From Chiloscyllium plagiosum (Eukaryota), in NCBI RefSeq assembly GCF_004010195.1, contig NC_057752.1:1805976-1869975 (forward strand): a stretch of 64,000 bases of DNA, given 5' to 3'. A program made the translations under genes and the position numbers. The notes under the pieces are model-generated. The model was not told where the DNA came from. It saw only the letters and a list, made by a program, of their open reading frames with translations, and did not search any database. This document shows positions 1-10,213 of the stretch, one piece after another; the first letter of the stretch is position 1, and every line of letters begins with the position of its first letter.

Positions 1-559
1 AACAACGTCTCTTCTTCCTCAGGCAGCTGAGGAAATTTGGCATGACGGTGAATACCCTCGCCAACTTTTATAGGTACGGCATCGAGAGCATTCTGTCTGT
101 ATGTATCACTACCTGGTATGGCAACTGTACCATTCAAGATCGGAGACGGTTACAGAGAGTGGTGAACCCGGCCCAGACAATCACAAAGGCCAACCTCCCA
201 TCTATAGAATTCATCTACCAGGCCCGCTGTCAAGGAAAGGCCGCCAGCATTCTCAAAGATCCATCCCACCCTGGTAATGTTTTTCTACAACCTCTACCAT
301 CGGGGAGAAGGTACAGAAGCCTGAACACACACACCAGCCAGTTTCGAAACAGTTACTACCTTACTGTCATTAGAATACTGAATGGACTCACAAACTCTTA
401 ACGTTTACCTGTACCTGTGTTTTTGCCGCCATTTACCTATTATTTACTTTCCTACTTAACTCTGTGACCTGCCTGTATTGCTCGCAAGACAAAGCTTTTC
501 ACTGTCCCTTGGTACACATGACAATAAATTTAATTCAATTCAATTCAATTCAATTCAAA
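1..559 (+). mobile_element. 3' end of a Rex1/Babar-type LINE (C-terminal ORF2 domain, 3'UTR and (TTCAA)n tail)
   Basis: ORF 42-401 FYR..IESIL..CIT.WYG......R.LQRVV..A..I....LP......DPSHP....LPSGRRYRS is the typical post-RT region of Rex1/Babar. It is followed by AATAAA and a TTCAA repeat at about 532-558. Confidence 0.85.
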
Positions 560-1526
560 TATTCTTTTATGAAAAGCCAAATGAATTCAACACAAGTACA
601 GCAGATATGGCCCTGTGTCAGCCGATACTGAGAGGCCTGTTTGGGCTTGTCAAGTCTGAGAACTTGCTGTAGGATAGGTATTTCTGCCATCTGTGGCAGG
701 CTTGAGATCAGAAAGGCTGCAAGTTGGCACACAGGAATCACTTGAAAGACTTCAGGTGAGACAGCCATTTTCTCTGCAAGTCAAAAGCGAGGTAGCAGGG
801 CTTACAGGATGGCACCAAGGTGAGTAGGCCGTAAGAGAGAGATGTTAACCCTCAGATTCACCAGAATACATTCCAGTGAGGACCACTTTATACCACACTC
901 CAATTCATGGAAATAAAAAAACTAGGGAAAAAAGTGTAACCTTTCGAACGTAACTGGTGAAATTGGATTGCAAAGTGGAGCACCCAGTTGAGGAGAGGTG
1001 GGGTAATTTCCCACTCTTTTCTTGTTAGATTGTGAAGGGGGTGTTTTAAAATTTGAAAGGAAGGACTTGCTGATCCAGTGGATGTTAGCATGCTGACTAG
1101 AAAGGAATAGCCACACTTCTTTTTTGCTGATGATTTTCAACAAAGAAAGAGATCTGGGTTATCGTTCTGAAACCATTTTGGGTTGAAAAAACATTCAAAG
1201 GTTAATATCTGTCTCCAAACTGCAGCACATCAAAATCCACATGCACAATTACAGATTAAAACTACAATGCGCTCAAACTGTCACGCATAAGAGTATACTC
1301 CCAGGTCATGGCTGGTAGATCTGGCTGTAGTTCACAGGCTTTTCCCTTCTCTTGTTTCAAGATGTGGCTGGAATGTTCCCTTTTCTTCAGGAGAGATTGC
1401 TCTGAAAATCTAGAAGGCTTGCCCGTCGAATTCTCTGCTTATTGGCAGGGATGTAGACACGGCTCAGAACTCAGAAAACAGGGCTCAAAGCTTAGCTGTT
1501 CGAAAGGAGAGACTGTCATTGGAACT

Positions 1527-1962
1527 TAACAACAGGACATTGACAAGTGGGTGGAGAGGTGACAGATGAGGTTTAATGCAGTGAAGTGTGAGGTGATGCA
1601 CTTTAGTTGGAAGAACATTGAAAGACAATCTAAAATCAGGGGGACAATTCTAAAGGGGGTGCAGGAGCAGAGGGAGCTGGGTCTATCTGAGTACAGATCA
1701 TTGAAGGTGGCAGAACAGGTGGAGAGAGCAGATAATAAAGCACACAGTGTCCTCAGCTTTATTAATAGGGACATAGAGAACAAGAGCAGGGAGGTGATGT
1801 TGAACTTGTACAAGACCCTTGTTAAACCTCAGCTGGAGGGTTGTGTCCATTTGTGGGCCCCACACTATAGGAAAGATGTGAACACATTGGAGAGAGAGGG
1901 CTGAAGGGATTTACCAGAATGGTTCCAGGGATGAGAAACTTCAGTGAGGTGGATAGATTGAA
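1527..1962 (+). mobile_element. CR1 LINE fragment (RT C-terminal region)
   Basis: Translation FNAVKCEVMHF...EQRELG...YKTLVKPQLE..VHLWAPHYRKDV..LER is characteristic of CR1 ORF2. Confidence 0.85.
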
Positions 1963-1965
1963 GTC

Positions 1966-2125
1966 GGGATGTGAGTGTTGCTGGTTGGGCCCAGAATTTA
2001 TTGCCCCGTCCGTAGTTGCCCCTTGAGAAAGTGGTTGTGAGCTGCCTTCTTGAACTGCTGCAGTCCACCTGCTGTAGCCAGTAACTGTTGCAACTGGCTT
2101 GCTAGGCCATGTCAGAGGGCAGTTA
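1966..2125 (-). mobile_element. Internally deleted copy of the tRNA-headed LINE family (end of head region joined to the last codons of ORF2 and the 3' tail)
   Basis: Reverse complement reads TAACTGCCCTCTGACATGGCCTAGCAAGCCA (matches about 2410-2440), then CTACAGCAGGTGGACTGCAGCAGTTCAAGAAGGCAGCTCAC...GGGCAATAAA (matches about 4995-5075). Confidence 0.75.
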
Positions 2126-2126
2126 T

Positions 2127-5126
2127 GGGGGAGGCAATAGACTGGTAGTGTTATTGCGAGACTAGTAATCCAGAAACCTAGCTAAAGTTCTGGGGACCTG
2201 GATTCAAATCCTGCCAACGCAGATGGTGGAATTTGAATTCAATCAAACAAGAAATCTGGAATTAAGAGCTAAATGGTGACCATGAATCCACTGTCAATTG
2301 TTGAAAAACCCATCTGGTTCACTCATCTCCTTCAGGGAAGGAAATCTGCCATAGTTACCTGGTCTGGGCCTACACATGACTCCAGACCCACAGTAATGTG
2401 GTTAACTCTCAACTGCGCTCTGAAATGGCCTAGCAAGCCACTCAGTCATATCAATCGCTACGAAGTCTCAAGGAAATGGATCCAGACGGATCACCTGGCA
2501 TCAACCTTGGAACTGGAAAAGACAGTGGCACAAACAGCCCTGTCGACCCTGCAAAATCCTCCTTTCTAACATCTGGGGGCTACTGCCGAAATTGAGAGAG
2601 CCGTCTCACAGACTAGTCAAGCAACAGCTTAACAGAGCCATACTCACGGAATCAGACCTTACAGACAATGTCCCAGACAGTACCATCATCATCGCTGGAT
2701 ATGTCCTGTCCCACTGGCAGGACAGACCCAGCAGAGGTGGTGGCACAGTGGGATACAGTTGGGAGGAAGTTGCCCTGGGAATCCTCAACATAGACTCCGG
2801 ACCCCATGAAGGCTCATGACTTCAAGAGAAACATGGGTAAGGAAACCTCCTGCTGATTACCACATAACGCTATCCCTCAGCGGATGAATCAATATTCCTC
2901 CATGTTGAACAACACTTAGAGGAAGCACAGTGGGTGGCAAGGGTACAAGCTGTATTCTGGGTGGGGGGATTTCAATGTCCACTACCAAGAATGGCTTTGC
3001 AGTAGCACTACAGATCGAGCTTGCTGGGTCCTAAAGGACACAGTTGCTAGACTGGGTCTGCAGCAGGTGGTGAGGGAATCAGCAAGAGGGAAACACATAC
3101 TGGACCATGTCCTTACCAATCTGCCGGCTGCAGATACATCTCTCCATGACAGTATTGGTAACAGTGACGACTGCATAGTCGTTGTGGAGACAAAGTCCTG
3201 CCTTCACATTGAGAGTAACCTCCATCCTGTTGTGTGGAACTATCACCATGCTAAATGGGACAGACTTCAAACAGATTTGCAGCTCAAGGCTGGGCATCCA
3301 TGAGGCACTGTGGGCCACCAACAGCAGCACAATTATACTCCAGCACAATCTATACCCTCACATTCTGGCATATCCCCCACTCAACCATTACCATCAAGCC
3401 AGGGGATCAACCCTGGTTCAATGGAGAGTGCGGGAGTGCATGCCAGGAGCAGCACCAGGTGTACCTGAGGTTGAGGTGTCAACCTGGTGAAGCTACCAAA
3501 CAGGACTACTTGCAAGCCAAACAGCATAAGCAGCAAGTGATGGACAGAGCTAAGCAATCCCACAACCAACAGATCAGATCTAAGCTCTGCAGTCCTGCCA
3601 CATCCAGTCGTGAATGGTGGTGNNNNNNNNNNNNNNNNNNNNNNNNNNNNNNNNNNNNNNNNNNNNNNNNNNNNNNNNNNNNNNNNNNNNNNNNNNNNNN
3701 NNNNNNNNNNNNNNNNNNNNNNNNNNNNNNNNNNNNNNNNNNNNNNNNNNNNNNNNNNNNNNNNNNNNNNNNNNNNNNNNNNNNNNNNNNNNNNNNNNNN
3801 NNNNNNNNNNNNNNNNNNNNNNNNNNNNNNNNNNNNNNNNNNNNNNNNNNNNNNNNNNNNNNNNNNNNNNNNNNNNACAGCCTTGGTTCAAACATGGACA
3901 AAAGAGCTGAATTCCAGAGGGGAGGGGAGAGTGACAGCTCTTGACATCAAGGCTGCATTCGACCAAGTGTAGCATCAAGGAGCCCGAGCAAAACTAGCAT
4001 CGTGTAGCATCAAGGAGCCCGAGCAAAACTAGCATCAATGGGTATCAGGGAGCAAACTCTGTGGTGGTTGGAGTCATACCTGACATGTCGGAAGATGATT
4101 GTGGTTGTTGGAGGCCAGTCATTTTAACTCCAGGACATCTCTGCAGGAGTTCCTCAGGGGAGTGTCCTCGGCCCAACCATCTTCAGCTGCTTCATCAATG
4201 ACCTTCCCTCCGTCGTAAGGTCAGAAGTGGGGATGTTCGCTGATGATTGCACAGTGTTCAGCACCATTCCCAACTCCTCAGATACTGAAGCAGTCCATGT
4301 TCAAGTACAAGAAGATCTGGACAATATCCAGGCTTGGGCTGACAGGTGGCAAGTAGCATTCATGCCACACAAATGCCGGGCTATTACCATCACCAATAAG
4401 AGACAATCTAACCACCACCCCTTGACATTCAATGGTGTTACCATCACTGAATCCCCCACTATCAACATCCTGGGGTTATCATTGACCAGAAACTCAACAG
4501 GACCCATCACATAAACACAGTGGCTACAAGAGGAGGTCAGAGGCTAGGGATACTGTGGTGAGTAACGCACCTCCTGACTCCCCAAAACCTCTCCACCATC
4601 TACAAGGCAAAGTCAGGAGTGTGAGGGAATACTCCCCACTTGCCTGGATGGGGGCAGCTCCAACAACACTCCAGAAGTTCAACACCATCCAGGACAAAGC
4701 AGGCCCCGCTTGATTGGCCCCATATCCACAAGCATCCACTCCCCCCACCACCGATGCTCAGTAGCAGCAGTGTGTACTATCTACAAGATGCACTGCAAAC
4801 ATTCACCAAAGATCCTCAGACAGCTCCTTCCAAACCCACGACCACTTCCACCTAGAAGGACAAGGGAACACCATCCCCTGCAAGTTCCCTTCCAAGCCCC
4901 TCCCCATCCTGACTTGGAGATATATCGCCGTTCCTTCAGTGTCACTGGATCAGAATCCTGGAATTCCCTCCCTAGAGGCATTGTGGGTCAACCCACAGCA
5001 GATGGACTGCAGTGGTTCAAGAAGGCAGCTCACCCCCACCTTCTTAAGGGGGGCAACTAGGGGCAGGGCAATAAAAGCTGGACCCAGCCAGTGACACCCA
5101 TGTCCCAGAAATGAATTTCTAAAAAA
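2127..5126 (+). mobile_element. Near full-length, decayed CR1/L2-group LINE (APE endonuclease + RT) with a tRNA-like 5' head and no visible ORF1
   Basis: EN motifs (ILTES, GDFN at about 2965, LDHVLTN) and RT motifs (LDIKAAFD, GVPQGSVLGP, FADD) are broken by stops and frameshifts. Box-B-like GGATTCAAATCC at 2200-2211. The 3' tail GGGCAATAAA...CCAGCCAGTGACACCCA ends in an A-rich stretch. Confidence 0.85.
3623..3876. other. Assembly gap (254 N) inside a LINE
   Basis: Run of N. Confidence 1.
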
Positions 5127-5134
5127 GTTAAACA

Positions 5135-5392
5135 TCTCACCCACATTACTGTGGGTCTGGAGTCACGTGTAGGCCAGACTGGGTAAACTTCCATCCCTGA
5201 AGGGCACTTCTGAATCAGATCAGCTTTTCCATCAATTATTTCATGACCATCATTAAGTTGCTTTATTCCACATTTTAATAAGAAAAACAGCTAGAAATGC
5301 CACAACAGGGTTTGAACTCAAGGCCCCAGAATGTTACCTTGGTGTCCCAAGTAACAGGTTCATTGATAATACCACTAGGCCATCACCTCCCC
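5135..5392 (-). mobile_element. tRNA-headed SINE-like element (same head as 2127-2450)
   Basis: Reverse complement starts GGGGAGGTGATGGCCTAGTGG (box A), then GAGTTCAAACCC (box B-like), then GTCTGGCCTACACGTGACTCCAGACCCACAG. Confidence 0.75.
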
Positions 5393-5419
5393 AAGCCAAG
5401 GCTGGCTCCCCATAGACAG

Positions 5420-5770
5420 GGAGATCTGAGAGAGGGTTTCAAAGTCATGAGAGGGGGCTGGACAGAGTAGATCGGGAGAGGCTGTTCCCACATGGAAAAG
5501 GGACAGGAACGAGAGGGGCAGAGATTGAAAGGGATGAAGTGAGGGGGAGGTGAGGAAAACCTTTCTCCCCCAGCGAGTAGTTAGGGTCTGGAATGTACTG
5601 CCTGGGAATGTGGGAGGAGGCAGGTTCCATTGAGGCATTCAAGAGGGGCATTGGATGGTTATTGGGATAGAAATGGGGTACAGGGATACGGGGGAAAAGA
5701 CAGGAAATTGGCGCTCGAGGATAGAACCAGTGCAGACATGATACACTGACTGTCCTCTTCCTACATCACA
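5420..5770 (+). mobile_element. Decayed CR1 LINE 3' end
   Basis: Contains GGGAGATCTGAGAGAGGGTTTCAAAGTCATGAG...GACAGAGTAGAT...CTGGAATGTACTGCCTG, the CR1 ORF2 terminus and 3'UTR. Confidence 0.7.
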
Positions 5771-5884
5771 GCATGTTTCTGAAACACAGCGCTTTTCGGC
5801 AACTGTATCTCTGTCCAAATTTAAATCGGAGCACCTTCTATCACATGACCTCTCTCCATGTTGATTGTATATTCCCAAAGAAAG

Positions 5885-6110
5885 GTTAAAAACAAGGACT
5901 GCAGATGCTGGAAACCAGATTCTAGATTAGAGTGGTGCTGGAAAAGCACAGCAGGTCAGGCAGCATCGGAGGAGCAAAGGCAATTAATTCGGGAGAAGTA
6001 AAATACAGTGGATCCTGGAGATGTGAAATAAAAACAGAAAGTGTTGGAGAAACTCAACAACTCTGGTGGTATCGATGGATTGAGACCCAGAGTTAACATT
6101 TCAAATCTAA
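5885..6110. mobile_element. Two Penelope-type terminal fragments (ACTGCAGATGCTGGAAA family)
   Basis: The GACTGCAGATGCTGGA...GCTGGAAAAGCACAGCAGGTCAGGCAGCATC block recurs at about 9325, 20570, 53565 and 53910. The second variant recurs at about 21200, 42030 and 45935. The Penelope assignment is inferred from the hammerhead motif in related copies. Confidence 0.55.
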
Positions 6111-6120
6111 TAGGGCTCAA

Positions 6121-6376
6121 TTAGATTATTTACAGTGTGGAAACAGGCCTTTCGGCCCAACAAGTCCACAACAACCCTCTGAACAGCAACCCACCCAGAC
6201 CCATTCCCCTACATTTACTCCTTCACCTAACAGGAAACCGGAGTACCCGGAGGAAACCCACGCAGACACGGGGAGAATGTGCCAACTCCACACAGACAGT
6301 CGCCTGAGGCAGGAATTGAACCCGGGTCTACTGGCACTGTGAGGCAGCAGTGCTAACCACTGTGCCACCATGCTGC
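6121..6376 (-). mobile_element. HE1-type elasmobranch SINE (tRNA-derived, V-SINE group)
   Basis: Reverse complement GGCAGCATGGTGGCACAGTGGTTAGCACTGCTGCCTCACAG...GGGTTCAATTCC...GTGTGGAGTTGGCACATTCTCCCCGTGTCTGCGTGGGTTTCC, with tail GGCCTGTTTCCACACTGTA. Confidence 0.85.
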
Positions 6377-6854
6377 CCGAAGGGCCTGTTTCCACACTGT
6401 AAATAATCTAATCTAATCTAACCAAATTAATTCAGTTATGGCTGTCGGATTTCTCTCAACCATCTTCATATAGCTAAGGCAATGAATTTTTTTAATGCTC
6501 AGGCAATTACAGCTCATTCGTCAATAGAGATAAGCTGGGATGGAAGTGATCAACACCTTCATGGTGGTCAAAGTGGCTGAGGCAATGACTGGTTTCGAAC
6601 ATCTTGGATTTGGTAAGGTGTGATTTCAATTGAAAACTGACTTGTCTGTTTGAAGTTCATTCTTTGAAATCGGTTGATATCAAATTAACATGAAAAATAA
6701 ACACATCTTCATAACTAACGAAACATTCATTTATTTGGCGGGGTTGGAAGGGGTGAAAGATGCAGAGAAATTTGTGGAAATCTCAACTGTGGTTAGTTTC
6801 CCTCTATCTGGGATGAAATTGAATCAGCCTAACCAAATTAGGCATAATCTTGAG

Positions 6855-7200
6855 TATTGCTGAAAAAAGGCACTTTTTTTCGAAGCACTCATCAGGACAA
6901 TTCACAAGAATATCAATTCAAGGGGGGAAAAGCAAAATGTATACCGCACAGGAGGAGAGTATTGACTGGTTGGCAAGCAGACTCTGATTGTTTCTGGTGT
7001 TGCCAATGCAGAATGCATGGATTGATGATGAGTGACAGTTAGCAGTCAGGCTTTTTTTAAATTTTAAATTTTTAACTGGGCATGTTAACTCTGATTGGTC
7101 AGGCTATTGTCCTGCTAGATGAACCAGTGAATAGCCATCACCTATTTTGTTGATTTGAGACACTGTGTATATGTTCTTTCAGTCTGTGTATTAATATACA
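6855..7200. repeat. Interspersed repeat shared with 46445-46800 (hammerhead-bearing family, hammerhead partly deleted here)
   Basis: GCACTCATCAGGACAA..CACAAGAATA...GGTTGGCAAG..GA.TCTGATTG occurs at both loci. Confidence 0.65.
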
Positions 7201-7387
7201 CATAAGCTCCAATACAGGCAAGTGTCAGAATCCTGGGGACTTCCAAATGAATTTTTCTTGCTAATAAACAAACACTAAATTAAATATTGCGATTGGCTGT
7301 GCATTCATATTTAATTTTATCGATGTACCTGTTTAAATTCCTGTCATGATCATATTCTTGGTAAGAAAATCAACACAACACACCAAC

Positions 7388-7699
7388 TGCAGGATGGCAC
7401 AGTGGTTCAGTGGTGAGCTCTGCTGCCTCACAGCGCCAGGGACCCAGGTTTGATTCCAGCCTCGGGCGACTGTCTGTGTGGAGTTTGCACATTCTCCCCG
7501 TGTCTGCGTGGGTTTGCTCTGGCTTCCTCCCACAGTCCAAATATGTGCAGGTCAGGTGAATTGGCCATTCTAAATTGCCCATCGTGTTAGGTGCATTAGT
7601 CAGAGGGAAATGGGTCTGGGTGGGTTACGCTTCGGAGGGTCGGTGTGGACTGGTTGGGCCGAAGTGTTTCCACACTGTAGGAATTCTAATCTAATCTAA
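7388..7699 (+). mobile_element. HE1-type SINE with (TCTAA)n tail
   Basis: GGCACAGTGGTTCAGTGG box A, GGTTTGATTCC box B, core TGTGTGGAGTTTGCACATTCTCCCCGTGTCTGCGTGGG, tail TTTCCACACTGTAG...TCTAATCTAATCTAA. Confidence 0.9.
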
Positions 7700-8467
7700 G
7701 CTTACCTGGTCTGGCCTACATGTGACTCCTGACCCACAGCAAGGGGGTTGACACTTCGCTGCCCTCTGGAATGGCCGAGAAAGACACTCATTTAAAGGGG
7801 CAATTAGAGGTGAGCCACAAACGTTGTCCTGACCAGCAACACTCCCTTTTCATGAAAGCACAAGTTTAAAAGAAAATGATCAGGTTGAATCAGTCTGTGT
7901 AAGAGTGTGTGAAGGATCCCGAGGGGAGGGGAGCGGGCATGGCAGAAGGAGGGGGGGCACCCTGCAGACAGAAGTGCCTCACAGGAGGACAGGTTGGCAG
8001 AGGTGTACATGCCATGTTGAGTGGCACAACCATGGATTGATTGAGCTCAGTGTGTAATGTGAACACTGCTGCATTTTAATCTGAGTGTTCAAACATTAAT
8101 GCGTGTCAATGTGCCAAGTCTCATTGGTAATGAATAAAAATGTAACCTCCGTCACCATAAAGGATTATCACTTGGAAAGATTTCAGAGTTTGGCAAAAGG
8201 AGATAAAGGATGACTTGACTCCCTATACCCTGAATTCCAACACCATGATCTTCGTAACATCGGCCTTGCTGAGGAAAACAAATGTGTACAGGTTTCACTT
8301 TTTGACTAATTCTGAATGTTGCTAACTATAACTAGACCCACAGCATTTATACTCAGAGGCAAACACTCCCTTGTCAGCTAGAGAAAACATTCCAAACTCT
8401 CTAATGCTTTACTGTATCCAAGGGCTTTCTATGCTAGTGACAAGCAGAGAATTTCGCCCTCTAGAGG

Positions 8468-8575
8468 TGATTTGGAGATGCTAGTGTTGGACTGGGGTGT
8501 ACAAAGTTTAAAATCCACACAATACCAGCTTATAGTGCTATATAACCTGGTTGTTGTGTGAGTTTTAACTTTGTG
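8468..8575. mobile_element. 108-bp palindromic insertion flanked by a 13-bp target-site duplication
   Basis: CGCCCTCTAGAGG at 8455-8467 and 8576-8588. Internal arms ACAAAGTTTAAATCCACACAATACCAGCTTATA / TATAACCTGGTTGTTGTGTGAGTTTTAACTTTGT. Confidence 0.75.
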
Positions 8576-8929
8576 CGCCCTCTAGAGGATCTGCTAGTCC
8601 ATGGCGGAGGAAAGACAGCCAATATCATTCCAAATGGAGCGGCAAGTTCTGCCAACGAAGCCAGTGAGTGAAGTATCCACCAGCACTTTCTGTGGTCCAG
8701 TTTTCCTTAAGTGGGACTTAAACTGTGCAATGGATGGTGAAATCGCACAATTTAATCTTCTTAATCAGATGTATGTTGAAAACTGAGTGACACATTGTCC
8801 AAGAAGGCAAAAAGACCCAACCCCCAAAAATATGGTTCTGTGGACATAAGTCTGATAATGTAACTGTTTCATTTAATAACCTCCCACACTGGGCAATGAT
8901 ATACTTAACTTCAAGTGATAATTTCTGTT

Positions 8930-10045
8930 CATACATTATATAGATTTGGTGCTTCCAAAAGTCATTCAATAAGGTGCCACAATAAAAAATGAATAAGCTA
9001 GATAAGTACTCACAAAGTGTGGGTAATATATTAGCATGGACAGAGGATTGGTTAACAGATAGAAAGCAGAGAGTAGGGTTAAAGCATTCATTTCCATATT
9101 GGCAGACTGTGACTTGTAGTGTGATGCAAGATCAGTGCTGGGGCTTCAATTATTCACAATCTATGTTAATGACAGACAAAGAGACAGGAAATAAGGTTTC
9201 TGGGCTCACTGGCAATACTAAACTCACTGTGAAGAGTTCATAGAGAATTTGCAAAGAGAGAGATGGGGTTAAAGCGAGCAGACAGTAAGAGGATAGGTGG
9301 GAGTATAATGTGATGGAAATGTGTTGCTGGAGAAGCGCAGCAGGTCAGGCAGCATCTAGGGAACAGGAGAATCGACGTTTCGGGCATTAGCCCTTCTTCA
9401 GGAATCAGGGAGTATAATGTGGACAAGTGTGAGGCTATTTAGTTTGGTCCTAAGAATGGAAGAGCAGAATACTTTTTAAAAGGCATGAAACATGTAAATG
9501 TTGATGTTCAGAGAGACTTGGGTGTAACTCACAGAAGCTACACAGAAAGTTAGTAAGCAGGTACCGTGAGTAATTAGGAAGGCACGTGACACATTGGCCT
9601 TTATTGCAGGGAATTAGAATACAGGAATAATGGAGTCTGGTTACAATGGAAAGGCTTTGGTGAGACCACACCTGGAATACTGGGTGCAATTTTGGGCTGG
9701 ATTTAAGGAAAGATATACTTACATTGGACACAATCCAAAGGTCCCTGGGATGAGGTCTACAATAGGAGGCTGAGTAAACTGGGGGGGGGATATTCTCTGG
9801 AGTTAGGAAGAATGACAGGGAATCTCACTAAAACAGGCATGATTCTGAAGGATCCTGACAGAATAGATACCCAAAGATTGTTTCCCCCTGACTGCCAGAG
9901 GTGTAGCACAGTCTGAGGGGAAGGGGCTGATTGTTTGGGACTGTGATGACGAGACATTTCTTCTGGTAAAGGGTGGTGAATATCTGGGATCCTCTACCCT
10001 CGAGGGTTGTGGATGATCCCTCGTGAATACTGAGAAGACTCAGAC
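8930..10045 (+). mobile_element. Old CR1 LINE fragment (RT to 3' end), interrupted by a 95-bp insert
   Basis: GNILAWTEDWLTDRKQRVG, QRDLGV and LVRPHLEY-like segments with many indels. Confidence 0.8.
9369..9406 (-). ncRNA. Minimal type I hammerhead ribozyme motif
   Basis: Minus strand GAUUC-CUGAAGA-A-GGGC(UAAU)GCCC-GAAA-CGUC-GAUUC. The core is intact, stem II is 4 bp, stem III is palindromic (ACGU) with a GUC cleavage triplet, and stem I pairs 4/5. Confidence 0.65.
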
Positions 10046-10207
10046 AGAAACACTGAAAACACTGAAGATTGAGATCCTGAACATTTCCATTTTTTTTTAA
10101 TTATTTCCAAGAATTGGACATTAAATAAGTAAACAGTTTGACAAACATTCAATGAAGAGAAAAGATTTGTTAACAAAACATACAAAGCAACCACACTCAA
10201 ATATAGA

Positions 10208-10213
10208 TTTATT
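10208..10213 (-). terminator. Candidate polyadenylation signal
   Basis: Minus strand AATAAA followed about 10-35 nt later by a GU/U-rich element (GAGTGTGGTTGCTTTGTATGTTTTGT), in non-repeat sequence. Confidence 0.45.

Noticed and set aside
3967..4036. Exact 35-bp tandem duplication in the LINE RT
   Set aside because: It is real in the sequence but lies in a dead element close to a gap. Likely slippage or an assembly overlap with no functional meaning.
6540..6612. Possible plus-strand first exon MEVINTFMVVKVAEAMTGFEHLGF|GTAAG
   Set aside because: Kozak and donor look plausible, but there is no recognisable homology or partner exon.
8601..8663. Possible plus-strand exon MAEERQPISFQMERQVLPTKP|GTGAGT
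   Set aside because: No homology and no downstream exon identified; compatible with chance.
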